From: an uncultured Clostridia bacterium
GTDB lineage: Bacteria > Bacillota > Clostridia > TANB77 > CAG-508
Direction: 5' to 3'
DNA length: 34,900 bases
Assembly: GCA_944393735.1 (NCBI GenBank)
Contig: CALYBE010000003.1
Location: 1-34,900, forward strand
The notes under the pieces are model-generated. The model was not told the origin of the DNA. It was given only the letters and a program-made list of their open reading frames with translations, and did not search any database. The number at the start of each line of letters is the position of its first letter. Position 1 is the first letter of the stretch. This document shows, piece after piece, positions 26,387 through 34,684 of the stretch. The translations under genes were made by a program, and so were the position numbers.

Positions 26387-27310
26387 TTATTTTACAGTTA
26401 TCGTAATATCCCCGTCTTTTTCAATTATATTTTGCTTTACTCCTAATTTTTCCATCCAACTTCTAGTTTCAAATGTAGTCCATGGCCCGGTATTTTCACC
26501 TTCTCCATTATCATTATTCCATATCCATTCAGGTGTTGGCCATAAACATATACTAGGCTGTATAGCTTGATATAAACTTTCTTTTGCTCCATTTTGTCCA
26601 TGATGTGCAACTTGTACTATGTCTGATTTTAATTTGCTTGCTTGTGTTTCTAATAATTTGTCTCCACTTTCTGCTCCTGTATCACCTAAAAATAATATTG
26701 AAGTTTCTGGCAGATTCATTTTTATTACCATGCTTGAATTATTGAAAGCATCTTCAGTTATTTCCGGATTTTTAATTCCCAATATTTCACATTCAATAAA
26801 ATCTATATTTATTATTTGATTTAAACTTACCTCTTCTGCTATATCTTTTACTCTTTCATTTTGCATTGCGTTTTTAAAATCTTCTGCTTCATTTGCTCTT
26901 TCTGATGCATATTGTTGATACCATTCTATATCATTCATTGTGTAATATATTTTGTTTATTGGAATGTCTGTTTCTTCAATTATTTCTATTATTGCTCCTG
27001 CATGGTCACTATGTGGATGTGTAATAAACCAAACATCAACTTTGTTTCCTAATTCATTAATATGTTTTTCAAGATTAGGAGCATCTTCTCTTGTTCCCCC
27101 ATCAACTACAATTACTTTTCCTTCTGAAGTTTTTATAATATATCCCATCATTTGTCTATGGCTATTTGCTTGTAATTGTGTTAATTGTATTTCTTTTATT
27201 TGATTTGTTTTTTGATTTGGTACTATAACATCAAGCAAAATTATTATGATGATTACAACTGTTATACTTAATATAATTTTGATTGATTTTTTAATTTTAT
27301 TATCTTTCAT
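26387..27310 (-). CDS. Membrane-anchored/exported metallo-beta-lactamase-fold hydrolase
   Basis: 307 aa. An N-terminal TM or signal-anchor helix (IKIILSITVVIIIIILL) is followed by the HxHxDH motif ITHPHSDHAG, then LGDTG and VAHHG. This resembles the ComEC-C-terminal type of MBL domain. Confidence 0.8.
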   Translation of the reverse strand: MKDNKIKKSIKIILSITVVIIIIILLDVIVPNQKTNQIKEIQLTQLQANSHRQMMGYIIKTSEGKVIVVDGGTREDAPNLEKHINELGNKVDVWFITHPHSDHAGAIIEIIEETDIPINKIYYTMNDIEWYQQYASERANEAEDFKNAMQNERVKDIAEEVSLNQIINIDFIECEILGIKNPEITEDAFNNSSMVIKMNLPETSILFLGDTGAESGDKLLETQASKLKSDIVQVAHHGQNGAKESLYQAIQPSICLWPTPEWIWNNDNGEGENTGPWTTFETRSWMEKLGVKQNIIEKDGDITITVK

Positions 27311-27331
27311 TTTAAATAAGAATTTTCCTTT

Positions 27332-28321
27332 TTATCTTTTTTTCATCAATTTTAGTATTGCATATCTAACATTGAAAAGAGCTCTACCTATAAATGGTAA
27401 ATTCATTATAATAAAATTTTCTATGTAATAACTAAATGTTTCGGTTTTATATAGTTTATGAAAAATATTCCATTTTTTAAAATTAAAATTTTTTTTGGTT
27501 TGCACCATTTTAAAGTATTCAAATGCTTCTGTATTAAGTTTTTGAAAATCTTTCGGAAATTTATTGTTATTTTCTACATAAGTTCCGAAAACGCCAAGTT
27601 TAACATTTATAAATAGTTCTCTTACTTGATCTAGTTTTTTGAATTTATGTGAAATTTTATCTGTTCCAATTTCATTGTCTCCATGTTGTCTATATTTTAT
27701 ATATTTTTCTGGCATATATGCCAATTTTCCTTTTAAGGAAACTATTAGTCCTATCCAATAATCATGTGGCACATATTTTGAATTGTGTGGTAATGGTAAA
27801 ATGTCTTTTATGTACTCTTTTTTTGAAAGTAGTGTACATCCTGTTACACAATTATAAAGATAATTTATTTTGTCGCTATTTATGTATTTTTTTATTTTTC
27901 TGTTTAATTTCATGAAATCCCCAAATGATGCATATATTGTATTTAAATTTTCATCTACTACTTCTAAATCTCCAAATACTAAATCTGCATTTTGCTTTTT
28001 TAGTGTTTCCATAGATTTTTCTATCTTCTTTGGTAACCATACATCATCTTGGTCTGATAACATATAATAATTACTTTGTACTTGTTTTAATAGAAATTCA
28101 AAATTTTTTATGTATCCTAAATTTTCTTTTTGAAAATATATTGATATTCTCTCATTTTTTTCGTATTGTTTTAATATTTTTCTTGTATTATCTGTAGAAT
28201 TGTCATCTGATATTATTAAATGTATGTTTTTATAGCTCTGATTTAATATACTTTCAACTTGTTCTTTTACATATCTTTCACCATTATATGTTGCTAAAAG
28301 AACATCTATTTTTTCTTCCAT
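27332..28321 (-). CDS. GT2 glycosyltransferase, RgpB-like subfamily (paralogue 2)
   Basis: 329 aa. LATYNGERYVKEQVESILNQSY...ISDDNSTD...SDQDDVW. A GGAGG RBS is present. Confidence 0.85.
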   Translation of the reverse strand: MEEKIDVLLATYNGERYVKEQVESILNQSYKNIHLIISDDNSTDNTRKILKQYEKNERISIYFQKENLGYIKNFEFLLKQVQSNYYMLSDQDDVWLPKKIEKSMETLKKQNADLVFGDLEVVDENLNTIYASFGDFMKLNRKIKKYINSDKINYLYNCVTGCTLLSKKEYIKDILPLPHNSKYVPHDYWIGLIVSLKGKLAYMPEKYIKYRQHGDNEIGTDKISHKFKKLDQVRELFINVKLGVFGTYVENNNKFPKDFQKLNTEAFEYFKMVQTKKNFNFKKWNIFHKLYKTETFSYYIENFIIMNLPFIGRALFNVRYAILKLMKKR

Positions 28322-28345
28322 TTGTTCCTCCGATAGTTCTTCTTA

Positions 28346-29137
28346 TTATAATACATCTGCAAAATCTTTTTTGTTCTTTTTAAATACATGGTTACCCCAT
28401 ACAAACAATACAATTGTAATTACCCAAAATATTATTGTATATATAAAATGTCCATCACTTAATATTGTTCCACCCATAAACACTTCTCTGATTGCTGTAA
28501 CTAAATATGTAAATGGCATGCATTTCATTATTGTTAAGATTGTGGTATGTTCAGAAATCATTGTTAATCCCCAAACAACAGGTGTAGCCCACATAAATAA
28601 TTGCATAAATATTGATAATAAGTTTGAAAAGTCTGGTACCAATGTGACAATTGCTGATGTTAGTCTTGTTATTGAGATAACAAATGCATATGCTGAAACT
28701 AATACATATATAAATTCAAGCATATTAGGCATATATCCAAATGCCATACAAACTATTGCCGCAATTAAAAATAAGAAGATTGATACAATACTATTTCCGA
28801 CTATTGAAATCATAGGTATTACATCAACAGGGAATACTACTTTTTTTACTAAATATGCATATGAGCGTATTGCTCCACTTGCACCTATTATGTTGTCATT
28901 TAAAAACATCCACATTGCCATTCCTGGTAAAAACCAAACTACATATGGTGAGTTTCCTTCTCCTGTTGTTTTAAATATGAATTGGAAAACTACAACATAC
29001 ATAATCATAAATACAAATGGTTGTAAAAATCCCCATATACTTCCTAGACTTGTACTAGCAAATCTATTTTTAAAATCGTTTTTTCCTAATCTAAATATTA
29101 GTCTTCTGTTTCGTATTACTTCTTTTATAAATTCCAT
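28346..29137 (-). CDS. ABC-2 type polysaccharide exporter permease (Wzm/TagG/RgpC-like)
   Basis: 263 aa and 6 TM helices. The N-terminus LIFRLGKNDFKNRFASTSLGSIWGFLQP is the conserved ABC-2 permease start. It is the first gene after the putative promoter. Confidence 0.85.
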   Translation of the reverse strand: MEFIKEVIRNRRLIFRLGKNDFKNRFASTSLGSIWGFLQPFVFMIMYVVVFQFIFKTTGEGNSPYVVWFLPGMAMWMFLNDNIIGASGAIRSYAYLVKKVVFPVDVIPMISIVGNSIVSIFLFLIAAIVCMAFGYMPNMLEFIYVLVSAYAFVISITRLTSAIVTLVPDFSNLLSIFMQLFMWATPVVWGLTMISEHTTILTIMKCMPFTYLVTAIREVFMGGTILSDGHFIYTIIFWVITIVLFVWGNHVFKKNKKDFADVL

Positions 29138-29184
29138 ATTTCCTCCATTTTTTTATATGTCTATTTTTTTTATTTTCTCTTGCT

Positions 29185-29214
29185 ATTCTACTATAACCAT
29201 TGTTAAAAAGTCAA
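29185..29214 (-). promoter_or_regulatory. Putative sigma-A promoter for the 14-gene glycopolymer operon
   Basis: The minus strand reads TTGACT (29214-29209), an 18-nt spacer, then TAGAAT (29190-29185). This is about 45 nt upstream of the GGAGG RBS and the ATG at 29137. Confidence 0.45.
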
Positions 29215-29255
29215 CAGCTTAAATAAATTATAAATATCATTTAATAAATTATTAT

Positions 29256-29345
29256 AAATAGTTATATATTAATATTTCTGGGCAAAACATAACTGGGGCA
29301 TAACAATCCGGGTCTTGTCTGCGAAATATTAATATATAACTATTT
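29256..29345. repeat. Palindromic intergenic element, copy 3 (22-bp perfect arms, 46-nt core, same orientation as copy 1)
   Basis: The arms lie at 29256-29277 and 29324-29345. The core is ctgggcaaaacataactggggcataacaatccgggtcttgtctgcg. Its 3-prime 22 nt (taacaatccgggtcttgtctgc) are identical to copy 1. Confidence 0.9.
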
Positions 29346-29368
29346 GCAATATACTTTATAAAAAATAT

Positions 29369-30352
29369 TTATTTTATGATTTTGAACTTTATATATGCTA
29401 TAGCAGGAAAATGAAATAATGCTATTTCTCTTATACTTTTTTTAAATTGATTTTTTCCAGCTAAAATTTTAAAATATCCAATTAAATTCAAATAAATATT
29501 TTTTACCTGTAAAATAGTTTCATAATATTTTTTGCATTCTTTTATAAATTGTTCATCTTTTTTATTGTTAACATATTGTTCACACATTTTTATCCCATCA
29601 GCATATGCTATTTTAATAGCATCTTTTCTATAGTTTAAAAAAGATTCGTAGCTTCCACCATTTTTTTCTTTCCACCTATCTATATTTTGTGATAAGCTTC
29701 TTCCTCCAAATACATTAGTGTTATGTAGTCTATAATCAAGTAATTGCTCTTTTATATAACTAATCCCTTTTCCTTCATTTGCTATAAATGCTGCTAGCCA
29801 GTCATGTGCAATTACCTCTTTTTTGAATGGTAACATTTTATTTCTTACGTCTCTTGTAATTATTTGTGAACAACCTATTCCAACACATCTTGAGATTGCT
29901 ATTTTATTTTTTCCATCTACTAATGGTACATTTTTATATTTGAAATAATCTTCTTTTAATACTATATCATCTTCATCTATTTGTCTACAGTTACAATATA
30001 CCATATCTACATTTTTTTCTTTTATTTTTTGTAAACTTTTTTCTACTTTGTCCTTATGCCATATGTCATCATGGTCTGAGAACATTATATAATTTGCTTT
30101 TGATTTTTCTAGTAAAAATTCAAAGTTTTTATTATATCCTAAATTTTTTGGTTGTATGAATAGTTCTATTCTACTGTCTTTTTGTTCATATTCTTTTAAA
30201 ATTTTTCCTACATTTAAATCTGTTGAATTGTCATCACTTATATATATTTTTATATTTTTGTGTGTTTGCCTTAAAATGCTCTCTATTTGTTTTCTTAAAA
30301 ATTTTTCATTTGAATTATATGTTGCAATTAATATGTCAACTAATTCTTCCAT
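29369..30352 (-). CDS. GT2 glycosyltransferase, RgpB-like subfamily (paralogue 1), separated from the main operon by element copy 3
   Basis: 327 aa. IATYNSNEKFLRKQIESILRQTH...ISDDNSTD...SDHDDIW. Confidence 0.85.
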   Translation of the reverse strand: MEELVDILIATYNSNEKFLRKQIESILRQTHKNIKIYISDDNSTDLNVGKILKEYEQKDSRIELFIQPKNLGYNKNFEFLLEKSKANYIMFSDHDDIWHKDKVEKSLQKIKEKNVDMVYCNCRQIDEDDIVLKEDYFKYKNVPLVDGKNKIAISRCVGIGCSQIITRDVRNKMLPFKKEVIAHDWLAAFIANEGKGISYIKEQLLDYRLHNTNVFGGRSLSQNIDRWKEKNGGSYESFLNYRKDAIKIAYADGIKMCEQYVNNKKDEQFIKECKKYYETILQVKNIYLNLIGYFKILAGKNQFKKSIREIALFHFPAIAYIKFKIIK

Positions 30353-30436
30353 TTATTTGTCCTTTCAATATAATTTCTAATATGCTCTATTTTATATATA
30401 ATTTTTGCCACATTGCATTTTGGCTTTTATTATTTT

Positions 30437-31150
30437 TTAGTTATATTCTTTTTCTAATTTTTCATTAAAATAAAGTTTTGTAATTAGTTCTAATTCATTT
30501 AAAGATTCATCTTTTAAATTGAATGAATATAATTTTTTTGCAGGTGCTAAAACTATATATTTTATTGCATTTAATGTACTCTCAGACATTGTTAGGCAAC
30601 TTTTGTCTTGTTTTCCACAAACTTCACATTTAAAGCCATTATCTCTTAAGCTGAAATATCTTAAATTTTCTTTTTCTTTACAATTTACACAGTTTTCAAT
30701 TCTTGGGGTAAATCCTAAAAAACATAATAGTTTGAGTTTAAAAACACTTAATATTAATTCTGGATTTTTATCAGTTTCTGATAAGGTATATAGTGTATTT
30801 AAAAATAGTTGCAATATTTTATAACAATTTTCGTTTTCTTCTGTTACATCTCTAATAATTTTTGTTATTTCTACAGCATAATTTAGCTTGTCCAAATCTG
30901 TGCGCAAATTATAAAAAATTTCAATAGTTTCACATGAATTTATATTATATGTATTTGCTCCTTTATACATTAAGTATTCTCCAAAGCACAAAAATTGTGT
31001 GCCGGCAAGTAAGGCACTTCTAGGCCTCCTTGCACCTTTAGCAACACATGATATTTTACCTAATCCAGGAGTCAACATTGTTAACATTTTGTCATAATCT
31101 CCTAAATTATTTTCAGAAATTATTATTCCACTCGTCTTTACTGTTCCCAT
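30437..31150 (-). CDS. recO: DNA repair protein RecO
   Basis: The OB-fold N-terminus is GIIISENNLGDYDKMLTMLTPGLGKISCVAKGARRPRS. The C-terminal zinc-finger is CVNC...CEVC. I place the start at the ATG at 31150 (MGTVKT...), which has GGTGGAG 7 nt upstream. The 17-codon extension in the ORF track to 31201 is probably not translated. Confidence 0.85.
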   Translation of the reverse strand: MGTVKTSGIIISENNLGDYDKMLTMLTPGLGKISCVAKGARRPRSALLAGTQFLCFGEYLMYKGANTYNINSCETIEIFYNLRTDLDKLNYAVEITKIIRDVTEENENCYKILQLFLNTLYTLSETDKNPELILSVFKLKLLCFLGFTPRIENCVNCKEKENLRYFSLRDNGFKCEVCGKQDKSCLTMSESTLNAIKYIVLAPAKKLYSFNLKDESLNELELITKLYFNEKLEKEYN

Positions 31151-31207
31151 TTTGCTCCACCTTTTGCTCATACAATTCAGTTCCGATTCTGAAATTGCCA
31201 TGTTAGT

Positions 31208-31330
31208 TCAGTTCCGGTTCTGTTTCTGACTTTGTATTTGTTCTTCTATATTTTGTATTTGTTTAAGTTCTAAAAATGTATTTACATCTCCCGTATTTTT
31301 AAAGGTATTCCATGCAATTTTTTTAATCAT
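31208..31330 (-). CDS. yqzL: YqzL-family small protein (40 aa), missing from the ORF track
   Basis: The minus strand reads ATG at 31330 and TGA at 31210-31208, giving MIKKIAWNTFKNTGDVNTFLELKQIQNIEEQIQSQKQNRN. An AGGAAGTGAG RBS is present. The W..F..TG.(I/V)..(Y/F)L..K pattern and the position between era and recO match Bacillus-type yqzL. Confidence 0.6.
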   Translation of the reverse strand: MIKKIAWNTFKNTGDVNTFLELKQIQNIEEQIQSQKQNRN

Positions 31331-31452
31331 ATGCTCACTTCCTTTATTATATCTTTCGCAAATTACGCAAAAATTATACAGAAATTACAACTATAACTAA
31401 TATTCTAAGTTTGCTTTTTTTCTAATCTGAAATTATTCAATTTTGTCCTTTT

Positions 31453-32355
31453 TTATTGTAATTTAAATTTTTTTACAATTGCTGTATCATCTTGCCAGTC
31501 TTCTTTTACTTTAACCCATGTTTTTAAATTTACTTTTACTCCAAAATTATTTTCCATATCAATTCTGGCTGCTTGCCCTATACGCTTTAACATAGATCCA
31601 TTTTTTCCAATGATTATGCCTTTATGAGATTCTCTTAAACAATAAATAATAGCTTCAATATCATATATGTCTTCACCCTTTTGTGTTTTTTTGAATTTCA
31701 TTTTTTCAACTTCAACATATATTCCATGTGGTACTTCATCTTGTAAAAATTTTAATGCTTTTTCTCTTATTGTTTCTTCTGCAAGTTGCCTCATTGTTTG
31801 GTCTGTAAACTCTTCTTTACTATAATATGCAGGTCCTGGCTTTAAGTTCTTTTCTATTTCATCTAAAATTATATCTCTATATTTTGCTTTTATTGATGAA
31901 ATAGGAATTACTGCTTCAAATTTGTATTCTTTTTGATATAATTCAATTAAATGTAGCAGTTTTTCTTTTTTTACTAAATCAATTTTGTTTATAATTAAAA
32001 TTGTTTTTTTATTGGATTCCTTTATTTTTTCTAAGATTTTTCTGTCTCCTTTACCAATTTCATCACTTGTAGCATCTATTACAAATAATATAATATCAAT
32101 TTCACTAATTACTCCAAATGATGTTTCTATCATTGTTTCATTTAATTTTGTTTTAGGTTTATGAATTCCTGGGGTATCTATAAATATTATTTGTGAATTT
32201 TCTCTACTTACAATTCCTCTAATTGCTGTTCGAGTTGTTTGCACTTTATTTGCTGTTGCAGCAACTTTTTCTCCTACTAAGAGATTAAGTAGAGTAGATT
32301 TTCCTACATTTGTTCTACCTAATATTGCCACAAATCCTGATTTAAATTCTGCCAT
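31453..32355 (-). CDS. era: GTPase Era
   Basis: G1 is GRTNVGKST, G3 is DTPG, G4 is NKID, and a C-terminal KH domain is present (GKNGSMLKRIG). The start is probably the second ATG at 32355, which has AAAGGA 6 nt upstream. The track start at 32361 has no spacing from the RBS. Confidence 0.9.
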   Translation of the reverse strand: MAEFKSGFVAILGRTNVGKSTLLNLLVGEKVAATANKVQTTRTAIRGIVSRENSQIIFIDTPGIHKPKTKLNETMIETSFGVISEIDIILFVIDATSDEIGKGDRKILEKIKESNKKTILIINKIDLVKKEKLLHLIELYQKEYKFEAVIPISSIKAKYRDIILDEIEKNLKPGPAYYSKEEFTDQTMRQLAEETIREKALKFLQDEVPHGIYVEVEKMKFKKTQKGEDIYDIEAIIYCLRESHKGIIIGKNGSMLKRIGQAARIDMENNFGVKVNLKTWVKVKEDWQDDTAIVKKFKLQ

Positions 32356-34684
32356 TTTCATTCCTTTCTATTTGTTTTACTGTATATTCTAAAATATTTA
32401 TTGTTTTTACAATTAATTTTGAAGATAATTCGTCTTCTTCTTCTAATTTTCCAATTCTTATGGTTTTTTTAGAATCTAGGGTTATATCTGTATTTGCAAG
32501 TTTCGCAATTATTCTTGTGTCTTTATCCATTCCAATAGGTAAAGTTTTGTTTTGATTATCATAATAAACACAATTTGAAAATGCAATTACATTTGTTCCT
32601 TTTAATAAGTTGATTTTATACAAGTTAACCTTACTACTATCAGTTTGTTCTATTGCCTTCATTACTTCGTCTTCTGAATTTAAATTAAATATGTTAATTT
32701 TTTGTGCATCTATTGTTTTTCCTTCTTCTGCCCACATATATGCAGATATATCTTGCCCTAAAATACTTTTATTTAATGCTTCTTCTATTTTACTAATTGT
32801 TTGATTAAGAGCTAATTTATAGTCTACTGCTTTTGTAGTTTTTGATATTTTTAAAATTGAATATTTGTTTTTAGGTTGCTCTCTATGTGTCTTATTTGCT
32901 AATTTTTTTATTTTTCTAGTATCTTCTTCTAAACCTCCAAAAATATCAATTACATCTTCTTCAGTTATATTTTTATCATTTTTTAAATCTGTTTTTATTT
33001 CTTTCAAGTATTTATCTATTTCTTTTGGTTCAAGTTCATCTAATATAATTTTGTTCATTACTTCTAGTTGATTTGTCGTTGCCAAATAAATACTGTCTAA
33101 TTCTTCTTTATCGAGTATTCTACGAGATAAATTATCCATTGCTTCGCCAAATTCTTCAAAGTCTTCTTCGAAATCAAAAGCTTTTGGAATTGGTTTTACA
33201 TTAATAACTTCTCCTTCACCTTCTTCTAATGCTTGGACTTCGTCTTTATTGCTGTATTTCCAAAATTCAAATATACTTTTTTTATGGCTATCAATTTCTT
33301 CTATAAATGCTGTAGCATTTTCTATTTTCTTTGTTAAATTTACATTTTTTAGTTTTATTGCATTTATATCCATTTTTATGTTTTTTATTTCATTTTCTTT
33401 TTCTGTTACTTTTTTGCCTTTTCCTAGTAATTCGTCTAATGTGTATTGTTTCTTTATTGCTTCTTCAACTATTTCTATATTGTTTTCTAATTTTTTCTGT
33501 GCTTCATCTATTTCTTGTGCTTGATTTGCCTCTTTTGCATTAGCTTTTTCTTCTTTTTTCTTTGATTTTTTATTACTATATTTAAAGAAATATTTCACCT
33601 TTCCAAAAAATGTTTTTTTACATTCCAAAAATGTTGATATTTGTTTTTCTTTACTTAAATATTCTTTTTCGAGTGCTTCTGATTGTTTCTTTAATATTCT
33701 AAATTTTTCTTTTAATTCTGCATCTTCTTTTATTGCTGATTTTTCTAGTTCTATCAAATTCTTATATTGTTCATTTACCCAATCACTTAATTCATCATAT
33801 TTTAGTAGCTCATTTTGATAATAAAACTCTAATTCTCCTTGCTTATCTACTTGTGTTTCAAATTTAAAATAATTTGGAATTTCTGATTGCAATATAAATA
33901 GAGCTTTTACTAGTTTGAAAAATTTTGTGGCTTCTATTTTGTTTGATAGTTTTACTTTATATTCAGATTTTATTTTTCCAAATACCTCAGTTTGTCCTAT
34001 TATTTGCAAACTTGGTTTGTCAGTTTTGTCAAATACTTCATATATTGATGGCCAATCATCAGTAAATAGCCATAAATAATTTTCTAAACTTTGTATTTCT
34101 GTTTTGTTTAATAATTCTTTTGAGTATTCACTATTACTTATTGGTACAAATATTTTTCCAGCTTTTTTCTTTTCTAATTGTTTTTTTAGTACATAAAAAA
34201 AAGTAGAATAGTTTTTGTCTTCTGTTGGAACTATCATAAAATATTTGTCTACTGGTTGTGAATAATATATTTGCCATAAATAATTTCCTGGATATCTTAT
34301 TTTGAATGGTAATTTCTTATTTAGTTGTTGTTGCTCTTGCTCAACATATTCTATATCTTCGATTTTTATTTCATTCAACATTCTTAAAAATGTTTCATAT
34401 TTTTCTATTTCTTCTTCTGTTTTTGGAACTAAATATGATACCAAAGGACTTGATTTTGCATATTTCTCTTTTACATCATCTAGTCTGTTGGTTGGTGATA
34501 ATAATATTTCTATTTCTTTTGGTGAAATATATCTATATTGTTTATATTTTTTTTCGTCTATATCTGTGTTTGGCTTAAATTGCATATCTTGCACTAATTT
34601 TAGTGTTTCTGGTATGTTATCTAAGTCTAAACCTATATATTCTAGTTTTTTTGTTATTTCTTGTCCTAATTTTTTCTTTTTCAA
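32342..34684 (-). CDS. Large uncharacterised cytoplasmic protein (780 aa) with a central Lys/Glu-rich coiled-coil region; its end overlaps the era start
   Basis: A long uninterrupted ORF with a TTG start at 34684 and AAAGGAG 8 nt upstream. No TM helices are present and I recognise no motifs. The stop overlaps the era start codon region by about 14-20 nt. Confidence 0.65.
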   Translation of the reverse strand: MKKKKLGQEITKKLEYIGLDLDNIPETLKLVQDMQFKPNTDIDEKKYKQYRYISPKEIEILLSPTNRLDDVKEKYAKSSPLVSYLVPKTEEEIEKYETFLRMLNEIKIEDIEYVEQEQQQLNKKLPFKIRYPGNYLWQIYYSQPVDKYFMIVPTEDKNYSTFFYVLKKQLEKKKAGKIFVPISNSEYSKELLNKTEIQSLENYLWLFTDDWPSIYEVFDKTDKPSLQIIGQTEVFGKIKSEYKVKLSNKIEATKFFKLVKALFILQSEIPNYFKFETQVDKQGELEFYYQNELLKYDELSDWVNEQYKNLIELEKSAIKEDAELKEKFRILKKQSEALEKEYLSKEKQISTFLECKKTFFGKVKYFFKYSNKKSKKKEEKANAKEANQAQEIDEAQKKLENNIEIVEEAIKKQYTLDELLGKGKKVTEKENEIKNIKMDINAIKLKNVNLTKKIENATAFIEEIDSHKKSIFEFWKYSNKDEVQALEEGEGEVINVKPIPKAFDFEEDFEEFGEAMDNLSRRILDKEELDSIYLATTNQLEVMNKIILDELEPKEIDKYLKEIKTDLKNDKNITEEDVIDIFGGLEEDTRKIKKLANKTHREQPKNKYSILKISKTTKAVDYKLALNQTISKIEEALNKSILGQDISAYMWAEEGKTIDAQKINIFNLNSEDEVMKAIEQTDSSKVNLYKINLLKGTNVIAFSNCVYYDNQNKTLPIGMDKDTRIIAKLANTDITLDSKKTIRIGKLEEEDELSSKLIVKTINILEYTVKQIERNENGRI

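Noticed and set aside
28371-29222. A 283-aa plus-strand ORF, together with many other plus-strand ORFs in the track (for example 1713-2120, 2842-3306, 3479-4000, 9197-9547, 10856-11389, 14099-14584, 25055-25444, 34302-34733).
   Set aside because: All lie antisense to minus-strand genes with strong family signatures. They have low-complexity Leu/Phe/Ile/Ser-rich translations typical of shadow frames in AT-rich DNA, and they lack RBSs.
6336-30436. Calling the accessory region a mobile genomic island or prophage remnant.
   Set aside because: I found no integrase, transposase, tRNA attachment site, direct flanking repeats or phage structural genes. Base composition looks uniform with the flanking housekeeping genes by eye. 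It is better described as a variable chromosomal envelope locus.
31151-31201. A 17-codon N-terminal extension of recO (MAISESELNCMSKRWSK) in the ORF track.
   Set aside because: No RBS precedes it. A strong GGTGGAG lies 7 nt upstream of the internal ATG at 31150, and RecO homologues begin close to the OB-fold sequence that follows that ATG.
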